From the NCBI GenBank assembly GCA_947475445.1, contig CANJLC010000011.1, positions 83 through 64,082 on the forward strand: a DNA stretch of 64,000 nucleotides, in the 5' to 3' direction. Under the pieces are notes generated by a model that saw nothing but the letters and a program-made list of their open reading frames with translations, ran no database searches and had not been told where the DNA came from. Position numbers and translations under genes: made by a program. Below, piece after piece: positions 21,250-30,814 of this stretch; the stretch's first letter is position 1, and each line of letters starts with the position of its first letter. The DNA comes from Alphaproteobacteria bacterium. GTDB lineage: Bacteria > Pseudomonadota > Alphaproteobacteria > Micropepsales > Micropepsaceae.

Positions 21250-21738
21250 TCAGGCCTCCAGCAGCCTGCGCATCTTCTCCAGGCTGCCGCTCCAGCCCTG
21301 CTCCATGCCCTGCAGGTAGCCGGCGGCATGCGCCACGACGGCTTTGCCAGAAGTCTCCAGCACCACTTCCGTGCCGCCATCCTTGTCGGCAAAGGTGACG
21401 GTGGTGCGCCCTTCCAGCTCTTTGGTGCCGTCGGCCGTGACGGCGTCGTTCTCAAACACCAGCTTTTTGCCCGGCACGATCTCCCGGTAGAGCAGGGTGC
21501 AGGGGAAGTCGCGGTCGAAATCGGTGCCCGCGGGCCCATGCATGGTAATGTGCATGATGCTGCTCACCTTGGCCTCGCCCGCCACCATGGGATTCGTGAA
21601 GCTTTCCGGGCCGAACCATTGCTGGATGTGTTTTGGGTCCGTCCAGGCCTGCCAGACAAGATCACGCGGCGCCTTGAAGTGGCGGGTGAGCGTGATGGTG
21701 CGTTCGGCAAAGATTGTCGTTGTCATGCTGCTTTCCAT
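21250..21738 (-). CDS. SRPBCC/AHSA1-domain protein
   Basis: [29 protein letters not shown], a typical Aha1/START-like N-terminus. Confidence 0.75.
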   Translation of the reverse strand: MESSMTTTIFAERTITLTRHFKAPRDLVWQAWTDPKHIQQWFGPESFTNPMVAGEAKVSSIMHITMHGPAGTDFDRDFPCTLLYREIVPGKKLVFENDAVTADGTKELEGRTTVTFADKDGGTEVVLETSGKAVVAHAAGYLQGMEQGWSGSLEKMRRLLEA

Positions 21739-21758
21739 GAATATCCCACTTTATTTTT

Positions 21759-22175
21759 TCAAATCTTCTTTTCGCAATTGACCATCCAGGGCGTGCCAAA
21801 GCGGTCGATGCACATGCCGAAGCGAAGCGCCCAGAAGGTTTCGGCAATCGGCATCACCGCCGTGCCGCCTTCGGCAAGAGCGGCATAGATGCGGTCGGCC
21901 TCGGCGGGCGTATCGACCCCGATATTCACCGAAAAACCCTGTGCCGGCTTGAACGGCACGTGCGAGGGCGTGTCTGAACCCATCAGCAGCGTGGCGCCCA
22001 CTGTCATGCGCGCATGCATGATCTTGTCGAGGAACCCGGCTTCGGTATGGGCTTCCATGGGCGTGCCGCGCGCCTTCATCATGGCGATGATCTTTCCGCC
22101 CAGCACCTGCTCATAGAATTTGAAGGCTTCTTCGCAATTGTCACGAAAACCCAGATAGGCATTGGCCGAGATCAT
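21759..22175 (-). CDS. VOC (glyoxalase/PhnB-like) family protein
   Basis: ANAYLGFRDNCEEAFKFYEQVLGG...WALRFGMCIDRFGTPWMVN. Confidence 0.75.
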   Translation of the reverse strand: MISANAYLGFRDNCEEAFKFYEQVLGGKIIAMMKARGTPMEAHTEAGFLDKIMHARMTVGATLLMGSDTPSHVPFKPAQGFSVNIGVDTPAEADRIYAALAEGGTAVMPIAETFWALRFGMCIDRFGTPWMVNCEKKI

Positions 22176-22600
22176 TTGTGCATTCCTTCCAGATAACGGC
22201 CGAGGCTCTTGATAATTTCGCCCCAGCCATGACGTTGCTGCTCTTCGCTATGGGTGGTTTCCAGGGACAAGGTGAGCGTCACCTTGGTCTGGCCGCCTTC
22301 GGTGCTGAAATCCAGGGCGCAAGGCCGCCCGTCATCAATCTGGAAGGCGATGCGGCTATAGGGCGTCACCTCGGTATAGGTGCCCGTGAAATCGAACGAC
22401 ATTTTCCCATCCGGCGAGGCATAGCCGATCTTGAAACGCCCACCCGTCCTGCCGTCGCTTTCGGCATAGGGTGTGGTCCAGCCGTCGCCGGCGCTGTGCC
22501 AATGCACCAGATGCTCGGCCTTCAGCCAGCATTCAAAGACAAGCTCGCGCGGCGCGTCGAAGCTGCGGGTTAGAAGCGTGGTCTTGAATTGCGTGGTCAT
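22172..22600 (-). CDS. SRPBCC/AHSA1-domain protein (second copy)
   Basis: Start at MTTQFKTTLLTRSFDAPRELVFECWLKAEHLVHW (ATG 22600). 4-nt overlap with the VOC gene. Confidence 0.75.
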   Translation of the reverse strand: MTTQFKTTLLTRSFDAPRELVFECWLKAEHLVHWHSAGDGWTTPYAESDGRTGGRFKIGYASPDGKMSFDFTGTYTEVTPYSRIAFQIDDGRPCALDFSTEGGQTKVTLTLSLETTHSEEQQRHGWGEIIKSLGRYLEGMHK

Positions 22601-22608
22601 GGCGTTTC

Positions 22609-22956
22609 CTATTTGCCCTTGGTTTTGCGTGCGGGAGGCTTGCGCTGGATTTTCTGGAGATAGGCGTCCAGCCGGTCGAAGCGCAGTTCCCAGAAGCGGC
22701 GATATTCGTCCAGCCACGCATCGACGCTTTTGAGGTTTTGGGCTTCCAGCTTGCAGGGACGGTATTGTGCATCGCGGGAACGCGAAATCAGCCCGGCCCG
22801 TTCCAGCACCTTCAGATGCTTGGAGACGGCCGGCAGGCTCATTTCGAAGGGCTCCGCCAGTTCGTTGACGCTGACTTCGCCCAAGGTCAGCCGGGCAAGG
22901 ATGGCCCGCCTGGTGGGGTCGGCCAAGGCCTGGAACGTCTCGGACAGCCTATCCAT
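22609..22956 (-). CDS. ArsR/SmtB-family transcriptional regulator
   Basis: FQALADPTRRAILARL...VNELAEPFEMSLPAVSKHLKVLERAGLI (wHTH). Confidence 0.85.
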   Translation of the reverse strand: MDRLSETFQALADPTRRAILARLTLGEVSVNELAEPFEMSLPAVSKHLKVLERAGLISRSRDAQYRPCKLEAQNLKSVDAWLDEYRRFWELRFDRLDAYLQKIQRKPPARKTKGK

Positions 22957-22968
22957 TGAACCACTCTG

Positions 22969-22993
22969 TTAAATAACCCTTTGGTTTAATATT
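22969..22993 (-). promoter_or_regulatory. AT-rich imperfect palindrome immediately upstream of arsR-family gene
   Basis: TTAAATAACC-CTTT-GGTTTAATATT with core AACC-N4-GGTT, located 13 nt upstream of the start codon. Confidence 0.3.
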
Positions 22994-23031
22994 GAACGGC
23001 CGAGACGGAGTCAACGGGCGAGGTCGGAAAA

Positions 23032-23985
23032 TTATCTGCGGGAGGACAGCCGCACGCCGGGCGCGGGACGTTCCCGCAAGACACCCCGCCGGAAGCGGAA
23101 AAGCTCCGCCGGACGGCCGCGGGCGGCGGCAGCAAATTTTCCCGTGCCTTCCACCAGGCCCTGTTCCGCCACCAGGCGGCGGAAATTCTGCTTGTGCAGG
23201 CGCGCGCCCGACAGGGCCTCCACCGTGCGCTGCAATTCCAGCAGGGTGAAAGAAGGCGCCATCAATTCGAACACCACGGGGCGGTACTTCATCTTGCCGC
23301 GCAGCCGCGCGATGGCGGTGGCGAGAATGCGCCGATGGTCGAACATCATGGGGCTTCCCAGGCCCTGCAGGGCACTGCCCGGCTTGCCCGCGTCGCGCGC
23401 CGCTTCGCGCACCAGGCCCGCTTCATATAGAAGCTCGTAGCGTTCCAGCACCTTCTCTTCGTCCCAGGGCAATTCGCCTTCGCCAAAACACAGTCGCATG
23501 CGGTCGCGGCGCAGTTCTCCCACCGCCGGGCTCGACGCCTCCTTCACGAATTTGCGCAAGGCCGGAAGGATCACGCCGTCAATCATGGCGGGGCGCGCCT
23601 GCCGCCAATCCTCCCAGGGAAAATACTGGTACCAGCCGCGCCAGCGCGAATCCGGCGATTGCGGCTCGCCCGGACGCGTCAGCGCCAGGTAGCCAACCGA
23701 CACCACCCGGGCTTCGTCGCTGCCGGAAGACAGGCTCAAATGCCGGCCCCGATCTCCAAAGGTGTAAAGCTGCTCGGTGTAACCCAGTTCGAAACGGGTC
23801 TGCTCGCCCACCCATTTGCGCAAGCCTGTTTCCAGGGTGCGCTGGGTTGCCGGATCAAAGGGACCAAAGGGCAGGGCGTCTTCCGCGCCGTCATGCGCCA
23901 CCACCAGCACGCTGGGCTGCTCGCGCTCCACCGACACGATGGCCGCCGACAGGCCGATGCTGATCGCCTGTTTCTGCTTGGTCAT
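23032..23985 (-). CDS. nadQ: Nudix-like / winged-helix NAD-biosynthesis regulator (NadQ, COG4111-like)
   Basis: N-terminal degenerate Nudix fold (LPFGPFDP...EQLYTFGDRGR). C-terminal DHRRILATAIARLRGKMKYRPVVFELM...FTLLELQRTVEAL...LHKQNFRRLV. About 2 kb upstream of nadABC on the same strand. Confidence 0.6.
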   Translation of the reverse strand: MTKQKQAISIGLSAAIVSVEREQPSVLVVAHDGAEDALPFGPFDPATQRTLETGLRKWVGEQTRFELGYTEQLYTFGDRGRHLSLSSGSDEARVVSVGYLALTRPGEPQSPDSRWRGWYQYFPWEDWRQARPAMIDGVILPALRKFVKEASSPAVGELRRDRMRLCFGEGELPWDEEKVLERYELLYEAGLVREAARDAGKPGSALQGLGSPMMFDHRRILATAIARLRGKMKYRPVVFELMAPSFTLLELQRTVEALSGARLHKQNFRRLVAEQGLVEGTGKFAAAARGRPAELFRFRRGVLRERPAPGVRLSSRR

Positions 23986-24500
23986 ATCTTCACCAGCGGC
24001 AGGGCGGTGGTGACGCCTTCCACCACCTGCAGGGGTGGCCCCATGGCCCGCAAGGCTTCCACCATGCGGCCATCGCGTCCCAGCGCGTCATCGGCATGGC
24101 GCACCAATAGCAGGTTGGGACTGGCGTGGCTGGCGCGCCTGCGCATGGCCATGGCGATCTCGACTTCGCGGCCCGGGCCATATCGGTCACACAAAACGGC
24201 ATAGGCCGATGCCATGGAACGGCTGATGCCGGCCCAGCAATGGATCAGCAAAGGCTGCTGCGCGTCCCAGCCGCGGGCGAAAGCCAGAAGCTGGTCCACA
24301 TGATCGCGTGCAGGCGGATTTTCGCCGGCGGCCGGATCGGCCACGTCATTGACGCCAAGCTTGAGGTGCCGGGCCGCCGCAAATCCCCTAGGTGTCTCGA
24401 TCATGTGTTCGGGGGACAAAAGGGTGACGATGTGGGACGGACGATGACTTTGGATCGCGTCGTCCAGGGCTGATAGCGGGGTGACCAGAATGCGGGGCAT
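23982..24500 (-). CDS. Cys-based (tyrosine/dual-specificity-like) phosphatase family protein
   Basis: Active-site loop HCWAGISRS (HCx5R[ST]). ATGA overlap with the nadQ-like gene. Confidence 0.7.
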   Translation of the reverse strand: MPRILVTPLSALDDAIQSHRPSHIVTLLSPEHMIETPRGFAAARHLKLGVNDVADPAAGENPPARDHVDQLLAFARGWDAQQPLLIHCWAGISRSMASAYAVLCDRYGPGREVEIAMAMRRRASHASPNLLLVRHADDALGRDGRMVEALRAMGPPLQVVEGVTTALPLVKI

Positions 24501-24516
24501 GTGGCCAGTCTAATAC

Positions 24517-25107
24517 CTACTTTGCGGCCAGCCTGTGAAATCGTTCCAGAAACTGCGCCTGGGCGTCGGCCGTGGCCAGCGGTGTCAGCCGGGGCGTCCT
24601 GAGGCCCTTGGGCGGGGCCCCGAACAGGCGGCGGGCTTCGGCCTCCTCGAATCCGGCCAGCTGTGTGGCCTCGTGGAAGGCCGACAGATGGTCCGCCTTC
24701 TTGAACAGGGCCGCCAGGCTGGCGGGCACCAGCGCGGGCAGCCCGAAACGCAGGTGGATGGCCGCCTGAAGTTTCAGCTCCAACTCCTTGTAATCCATGC
24801 CAATTGCCGCCTTGAACGGGCTTATGAGGTCTCCGACAACATATTCCGGGGCATCGTGCAGCAGGGCCATCAGCCGGGCCTCGCGGCTCAGGCGGGGGTT
24901 AAGGTCTGCAGTCAGCCGCTCCACCAGCACGCAATGCTGGGCAACCGAGAAAGCGTGCGCACCCCGCGTCTGGCCGTTCCAGCGCGCCACGCGCGCAAGG
25001 CCATGGGCGATGTCGGCAATCTCGATGTCCAGCGGGCTGGGCTCCAGCAGGTCCAGCCGCCGTCCGCTCAGCATCCGCTGCCAGGCGCGTTTGGGCGGGG
25101 ACGCCAT
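24517..25107 (-). CDS. HD-domain phosphohydrolase (YfbR-like 5'-nucleotidase family)
   Basis: FSVAQHCV...LLHDAPEYVVGDLISPFK, HD motif spacing typical of COG1896. Confidence 0.75.
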   Translation of the reverse strand: MASPPKRAWQRMLSGRRLDLLEPSPLDIEIADIAHGLARVARWNGQTRGAHAFSVAQHCVLVERLTADLNPRLSREARLMALLHDAPEYVVGDLISPFKAAIGMDYKELELKLQAAIHLRFGLPALVPASLAALFKKADHLSAFHEATQLAGFEEAEARRLFGAPPKGLRTPRLTPLATADAQAQFLERFHRLAAK

Positions 25108-25895
25108 CAGGCCAGCAACCTGATGCCGACGGCGGTCAGCGTGCCGGCCAGGATCAGCCGCATCGCCAGGTCGGGCAGGCGCGGGGCGAAGGCACTGGCC
25201 AACATGATGCCGGGGATGGAGCCCAGCAGCAGCGAAGTCAGCACCGCCATGTCGATGCCGCCGCTGGCCATGTGGCCCAGCCCCGCCACCAGTGTCAGGG
25301 GCACGGCATGGGCGATGTCGGAACCGGCAATCTTGACCACCGGCAATTCGGGATAGAGCAGAAGCAGCGCGGTCACGCCCAGTGCGCCCGCGCCCACCGA
25401 CGAAATGGTCACCAGCGCGCCCAGCGCAATTCCCGTCAGGATGGTGAAGGTGGCGGTCTGGCGTTCGCTCAGCACCCCGGCGCGGCGCGAATAGCTGGCG
25501 AGGAGTTTTTTGCGGAAGATGATCGCCAGCGCCGTCGCCAGCAGCGCAGCGCCCAGCACTTTGGTCACCAGCGCATTCATGGCTTCTGTATCAATTGCCA
25601 TCAGGTGCAGCACCAGCATTGTCAGCACGGAGGCCGGCAGGCTGCCCGTCGCCAGCCGGGTGACCACGCGCCAGTCGATGGTCTTGTTGATGCCATGCAC
25701 GATGGAGCCGCCAGTCTTGGTCACGCTGGCAAAAATCAGGTCCGTGCCCACGGCCGTGGTGGGATGGACATGGAACAGCAGGATGAGGATCGGCGTCATC
25801 AGCGAGCCGCCGCCCACCCCGGTCATGCCCACCAGGAATCCGACACCAAAGCCGGACAGGACAAAGAGCGGGTTGAGGGCGTGCAGGAAGGACAT
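25107..25895 (-). CDS. TauE/SafE-family anion permease
   Basis: Start at MSFLHALNPLFVLSGFGVGFLVGMTGVGGGSLMTP. Multi-TM. Shares nt 25107 with the HD gene. Confidence 0.8.
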   Translation of the reverse strand: MSFLHALNPLFVLSGFGVGFLVGMTGVGGGSLMTPILILLFHVHPTTAVGTDLIFASVTKTGGSIVHGINKTIDWRVVTRLATGSLPASVLTMLVLHLMAIDTEAMNALVTKVLGAALLATALAIIFRKKLLASYSRRAGVLSERQTATFTILTGIALGALVTISSVGAGALGVTALLLLYPELPVVKIAGSDIAHAVPLTLVAGLGHMASGGIDMAVLTSLLLGSIPGIMLASAFAPRLPDLAMRLILAGTLTAVGIRLLA

Positions 25896-26196
25896 GGCCG
25901 TGCTTTTCGAAATATTTGCAAAAAAATGGCGGGGAAGGGCGGGCAATCTCACACAAAGCCGTTAGCGTAACAATCGCCCAGTTGCATGAAAAAAAGGCAG
26001 GTTTGCCGCGCAGGGGCAGTCAAACCGCCGATCGAGGGGCCTGTTGTTAAGGCCCGCGCAATGTCCGTTGAAATTTGGTCAACACGACATCCTTTGCGAC
26101 AGCGCAAGCCCCGGAATTCACGCGGTAATCCGGCTTCCTGGGTCACAGCCTGTTTATGATTTTGCTCTACCAAGTGTTCAAAAGGGACCAGTTTGC

Positions 26197-27570
26197 GTGG
26201 TGCTTCGTGGAATTCCATTGCCGGCCGAGAAAACGGGCGCCGTAGCGGCCGGCGTGGAGCCGCGTCCGCGCAACAAGCTGTCCACCTCGCTGGCCGTGTT
26301 TGTCCTGGGCACGGTGATCGGGCTTGGACTTGCCAACGGCCTGGATGTGGAATTCGTCGCCGGCCTGGTGATCCTGGCGGTGCTGGCGCTGGTGCTGGGG
26401 ATGCTGCACCGGGTGAGCGAAGACACACGAAGGCGTCTCACCGCCGGCGAAGCCAGCTACCGCGCCTTCTTCGAACATGCCGTGGAAGGCATTTTCCGCA
26501 CCACGCCGGAAGGACATTACCTGGCCGTGAACCAGGCGCTGGCGCAGATCTATGGCTATCACACGCCGGAAGAACTGATTACGCGGCTGACCGACATTGG
26601 CGCGCAGCTCTATGTCGATGGCGGCCGCCGCGACGAATTCCGCGCCCAGATGCAGGCCAACGACCTGGTCACGGATTTCGTTTCTGAAATCTACCACCAG
26701 TCCGGCAAGCGCATCTGGATCTCCGAAAATGCGCGTGCCGTGCGTGACTGGTCCGGCGCCCTCATCTGTTATGAAGGCACGGTCGAGGATGTCACGGAAA
26801 ACTTCGAAGCGGATCGCGCCTTGCGCGCCGCGTTGCGGCAGGCGGAACTGGCCAACAAGGCCAAGGCCGCCTTCCTCGCCGCCATGAGCCATGAACTCAA
26901 GACGCCGCTCAATGCCGTGCTGGGCTTTTCCGAAATCATCCGCGACGAGATGCTGGGCCCCAATGGCCAGCCGGCCTATCGTGACTATGCCGCCGATATC
27001 CATCTGTCGGGCAAGCGCCTGCTGGCGATTATCAACGACGTGCTTGATGTATCGCGCCTCGAAGGCGGCACCCTGGTGATCGATGCGCGCCCGACCGACG
27101 CGCATGACATCGCCGAACAGGCGGCGTCGATGGCGCGTTCCACCACAGGGGACAATCGCCACATCGTGATCGATGTTCCTGCGAACCTGCCTTCGCTTCT
27201 GGTGGATCCGCGCCGCCTTGGCCAGGCCCTGGGCAATCTTCTGTCCAACGCCCTCAAATTCACGCCCGCCGGGGGCCGTGTGGCGATCATGGCGCAGCAG
27301 CGCGGCGACGGCGGGATCAATTTCCTGGTCGAGGACAGTGGCATCGGCATGGCCGAGGATACCCTGGCGGCGGCGCTGGAACCCTTCCGCCAGCTCGACG
27401 GCTCGCTGGCCCGCAAATTCGAAGGGGCAGGGCTTGGACTTTCGCTGGCCCGCGCCCTGACCGAACTTCATGGCGGCAGCTTAAGCATTACCAGCGCCGT
27501 TGGTCATGGCACCAGCGTAACCATTGCGCTGCCTGCCAGCCGCAGCCAGAGACTGGCGCAAAGCGCCTGA
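26197..27570 (+). CDS. membrane PAS sensor histidine kinase (no adjacent response regulator)
   Basis: TM segments, PAS (FFEHAVEGIFRTTPEGHYLAVNQA), HisKA (SHELKTPLNAVLGFSE) and HATPase (GAGLGLSLA). Start uncertain; GTG 26197 was chosen because of an upstream AAGGGA. Confidence 0.8.
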   Translation: MVLRGIPLPAEKTGAVAAGVEPRPRNKLSTSLAVFVLGTVIGLGLANGLDVEFVAGLVILAVLALVLGMLHRVSEDTRRRLTAGEASYRAFFEHAVEGIFRTTPEGHYLAVNQALAQIYGYHTPEELITRLTDIGAQLYVDGGRRDEFRAQMQANDLVTDFVSEIYHQSGKRIWISENARAVRDWSGALICYEGTVEDVTENFEADRALRAALRQAELANKAKAAFLAAMSHELKTPLNAVLGFSEIIRDEMLGPNGQPAYRDYAADIHLSGKRLLAIINDVLDVSRLEGGTLVIDARPTDAHDIAEQAASMARSTTGDNRHIVIDVPANLPSLLVDPRRLGQALGNLLSNALKFTPAGGRVAIMAQQRGDGGINFLVEDSGIGMAEDTLAAALEPFRQLDGSLARKFEGAGLGLSLARALTELHGGSLSITSAVGHGTSVTIALPASRSQRLAQSA

Positions 27571-27611
27571 AAGTCGCTGACAGGCGGGCCGGAATTCTCT
27601 AAAGAACCGGC

Positions 27612-28310
27612 ATGACAAACCCCACAGCCCTGGTGCTTTTTTCCGGCGGGCAGGACTCGACCGTGTGCCTGGCCTGGGCGCTTGAGCGTTTCGATCATGT
27701 CGAGACGGTTGGCTTCGACTACGGCCAGCGCCATGCCAGCGAACTTGCTGCGCGTCCACGCCTGCTGGCGGGCCTGCGAAATGCATTTCCCAGCTGGGCG
27801 CAAAAGCTTGGCCCCGATCATTTGCTGCCGCTGGATGCCATCAAGGCCATAGGCGGCAGCGCACTGACCGAAAGCATGACCATCGCCATGGGCAAGGATG
27901 GTTTGCCCAATACGTTCGTGCCGGGCCGCAATGTCCTGTTCCTCACCGCGGCAGCAGCGCTGGGCTATCGCCGCAATATCGGCGACCTGGTGGGCGGCAT
28001 GTGCGAGACGGATTTTTCGGGCTATCCCGATTGCCGTGACGAGACCATCCAGGCCACCGCCAAGGCCCTGTCGCTGGGACTGGCGCGCGAGGTGCGCATC
28101 CACACGCCGCTGATGTGGATCGACAAGGCCGCGACCTGGCGGCTGGGCGAGCAGCTGGGCGGCAAGGCGCTGACCGATCTGGTGCTGGAAGAGAGCGTCA
28201 CCTGTTACGAAGGCGACCGCAGCCATCGCCATGGCTGGGGCTATGGCTGTGGACAGTGCCCCTCGTGCATGCTGCGCGCTGACGGCTATGCCAGGTTCAT
28301 CGCAGCATGA
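27612..28310 (+). CDS. queC: 7-cyano-7-deazaguanine synthase
   Basis: [17 protein letters not shown]...GYPDCRDE...CGQCPSC. Confidence 0.9.
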   Translation: MTNPTALVLFSGGQDSTVCLAWALERFDHVETVGFDYGQRHASELAARPRLLAGLRNAFPSWAQKLGPDHLLPLDAIKAIGGSALTESMTIAMGKDGLPNTFVPGRNVLFLTAAAALGYRRNIGDLVGGMCETDFSGYPDCRDETIQATAKALSLGLAREVRIHTPLMWIDKAATWRLGEQLGGKALTDLVLEESVTCYEGDRSHRHGWGYGCGQCPSCMLRADGYARFIAA

Positions 28311-28936
28311 CCTATTCCGTAAAGGAAATTTTCTACACCTTGCAGGGCGAGGGCGCGCAGGCAGGGCGCCCGGCAGTCTTTATGCGTTTTGCGGGATGCA
28401 ACCTGTGGAGCGGGCTGGAACAGGACCGCACCGGCGCCGTGTGCAAATTCTGCGACACGGATTTTGCCGGCACCGATGGCACGGGCGGCGGCAAATTCGC
28501 GGATGCGGAAACGCTGGCGCGCGCCGTTGCCAAGGAATGGCCAGGAGGTGGCAAGCCCTATGTCGTCTGCACCGGAGGCGAGCCCTTGTTGCAGCTGGAT
28601 TCCGCGCTGGTGGAGGCGCTGCACGGGCAGGGCTTTGAAATCGCCATCGAGACCAATGGCACATTGTTGCCGCCCCCCGGCATTGACTGGATCTGTGTCA
28701 GCCCCAAGGCGGATGCGCAGCAGAAGCTGCTGCATGGCGATGAGTTGAAACTGGTCTATCCGCAGGATGGCGGGGAGCCGGAGAAATATGCCGGACAAAA
28801 CTTCCGCCATTTTTTCCTGCAGCCGATGGACAATGCGCAGCAGGGCGCCAACACAAAAGCCGCCACGGACTATTGCCTGGCCCATCCGCAATGGCGGCTG
28901 TCGCTCCAGACCCACAAATTGTTGGGTATTCGCTAG
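28307..28936 (+). CDS. queE: 7-carboxy-7-deazaguanine synthase (radical SAM)
   Basis: [29 protein letters not shown]. 4-nt overlap with queC. Confidence 0.85.
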   Translation: MTYSVKEIFYTLQGEGAQAGRPAVFMRFAGCNLWSGLEQDRTGAVCKFCDTDFAGTDGTGGGKFADAETLARAVAKEWPGGGKPYVVCTGGEPLLQLDSALVEALHGQGFEIAIETNGTLLPPPGIDWICVSPKADAQQKLLHGDELKLVYPQDGGEPEKYAGQNFRHFFLQPMDNAQQGANTKAATDYCLAHPQWRLSLQTHKLLGIR

Positions 28937-28973
28937 CCTGGCGCGCCGGCCCTGCCGTCCATCGCGCCAATTG

Positions 28974-29591
28974 CTAAAAGAAGGACGTGATCTTCCCCAT
29001 ATCGGGCCGGGGGCGTTCTTCCAGTTCTGCTGCTGATGTGCCGATATAGATGAAGCCGGCCACGCGTTCGCCCGGTTTCAGGCCAAGCTTTTCTTTCACC
29101 TGCGGATGATAGGCATACCATTCGGTCAGCCAGTTGCCGACAAAGCCCAGGGCATGGGCGGCAATCAGGATATTTTGGCACACCGCGCCGGCTGACAATT
29201 CCTGCTCCCATACCGGAATCTTATGTGACTCGCGGGCCGCTGAAATCACGCCGATCACCACCGGCGCGCGCATGAATCGATTACGCTCTTCTTCCACCTG
29301 CTTGGCACGTTCGCCTTCGGCTTCCATCACGCTCGCGAATATGTCCCCGGCGCGCTCGCGGCCCTTGCCCTCGAAAACAATGAACCGCCAGGGAAACAGC
29401 TTGCCGTGATCCGGGGTGCGGCCACCGGCCTGCAATATGTCGGCGATCTGCCTTTTGGAGGGGCCGGGCTTGTCCATTGCCTTGGCCGAACCCGAGCGGC
29501 GGCTGAGCAGCAAGTCCAGCGCCTTGGGCGCGGGCAGGTTGAAGGGGCCGTCTTTCTTGTGGGACATGAGGACCTGTGTTGAAGCGGGCAA
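28974..29591 (-). CDS. nitroreductase-family protein
   Basis: LLSRRS...TPDHGKLFPWRF...AVCQNILIAAHALGF. The start may instead be the internal MSHKKDG. Confidence 0.8.
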   Translation of the reverse strand: MPASTQVLMSHKKDGPFNLPAPKALDLLLSRRSGSAKAMDKPGPSKRQIADILQAGGRTPDHGKLFPWRFIVFEGKGRERAGDIFASVMEAEGERAKQVEEERNRFMRAPVVIGVISAARESHKIPVWEQELSAGAVCQNILIAAHALGFVGNWLTEWYAYHPQVKEKLGLKPGERVAGFIYIGTSAAELEERPRPDMGKITSFF

Positions 29592-29703
29592 TGCCAGCCC
29601 CCATCTTAGGGCAGGAAAAGGCTGAAAATCTCGATCTTTGTCCCTGGTTTTGAAATTCTACAAACTTTTGTGGTAAAAGCCCGTCCTCAAGGAAGTTGAA
29701 CCC

Positions 29704-30516
29704 ATGGCCACACCCCGCGAAAAACTGGCGAGCCTGGACCCCGTCTGGGAGCGTCTGCGCACCGAAGCCGAAGCCATGGCCGAGCGCGAACCGGCGCTGG
29801 CAGGCTTCGTCCATGCGTCCATCCTGAAGCACGACCGGCTGGAGCATGCCATCAGCTACCACATGGCCAAGAAACTGGGCGGCGACGATTTGAGCCCCCT
29901 GGCCGTGCGCGAGACTTTCGAAGAGGCAATCACCGCCGATCCGCAGATAGGGGCCGCGATACGGGCCGACCTGTCGGCCGTGCTGGACCGCGATCCCGCC
30001 TGCCATTCCTTCGTCGAGGCCTTCCTCTACTACAAGGGCTTTCATTCCCTGGAATGCTACCGCATCGCCCATTGGCTCTGGCATCACGACCGCAAGGCCA
30101 TGGCGCTGTTCTTCCAGAGCCGCATCTCCCAGCTTTTCGCGGTGGACATCCATCCCGCCGCCAGGATGGGCCGCGGCATCATGATTGATCACGCCACCGG
30201 CGTGGTAATCGGCGAAACCGCCGTGGTCGAGGACGATGTATCCATCATGCAGGACGTCACATTGGGCGGCACCGGCAAGGAAAGCGGCGACCGCCATCCC
30301 AAGATCCGCCGCGGCAGCCTGATTTCCCTGGGCGCCAAGATCCTGGGCAATATCGAGATCGGCGAATATAGCCGTGTCGGCGCCGGCAGCGTGGTCCTGA
30401 TACCGGTTCCGCCCGGCTGCACCGCCGTGGGCGTGCCCGCCAAGCTGGTTCATTGCAAGGGCAGCGAGCGGCCTTCGCACGAAATGGATCATTTCATAGA
30501 CGACGAAACCGGTTGA
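29704..30516 (+). CDS. cysE: serine O-acetyltransferase
   Basis: FLYYKGFHSLECYRIAHWLW, hexapeptide repeats, and GDRHPKI. Confidence 0.9.
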   Translation: MATPREKLASLDPVWERLRTEAEAMAEREPALAGFVHASILKHDRLEHAISYHMAKKLGGDDLSPLAVRETFEEAITADPQIGAAIRADLSAVLDRDPACHSFVEAFLYYKGFHSLECYRIAHWLWHHDRKAMALFFQSRISQLFAVDIHPAARMGRGIMIDHATGVVIGETAVVEDDVSIMQDVTLGGTGKESGDRHPKIRRGSLISLGAKILGNIEIGEYSRVGAGSVVLIPVPPGCTAVGVPAKLVHCKGSERPSHEMDHFIDDETG

Positions 30517-30583
30517 GGTTCAGGTCGCTTGACCCGTGTGCCTCGGCATGCGAGTTGAGAACTTGCATTGCTTGGGGACTGTC

Positions 30584-30814
30584 ATGACACGCGGCGAAAT
30601 CTGGCGTCTGGAAAAATATCTGCGCAACCTGTTCCGCCTCGACACCATCACCATTGTCGAGCGGCCCAAGCAGACGGATTCCGTCGAAGTGCAGGTGAAC
30701 GGCGAATTTGTCGGCGTGCTGTTCAAGGACGAGGAAGACGGCGAAGTTTCCTACGCCTTCAACATGGCGATCCTGGAAATGGACCTGCCGGAGCCGCCCG
30801 CCAGCCGCCCCTGA
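30584..30814 (+). CDS. DUF3126-like small protein
   Basis: MTRGEIWRLEKYLRNLFRLDTITIVERPKQTDSVEVQVNGEFVGVLFKDEEDGEVSY. The stop overlaps the next start (TGATG). Confidence 0.6.
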   Translation: MTRGEIWRLEKYLRNLFRLDTITIVERPKQTDSVEVQVNGEFVGVLFKDEEDGEVSYAFNMAILEMDLPEPPASRP

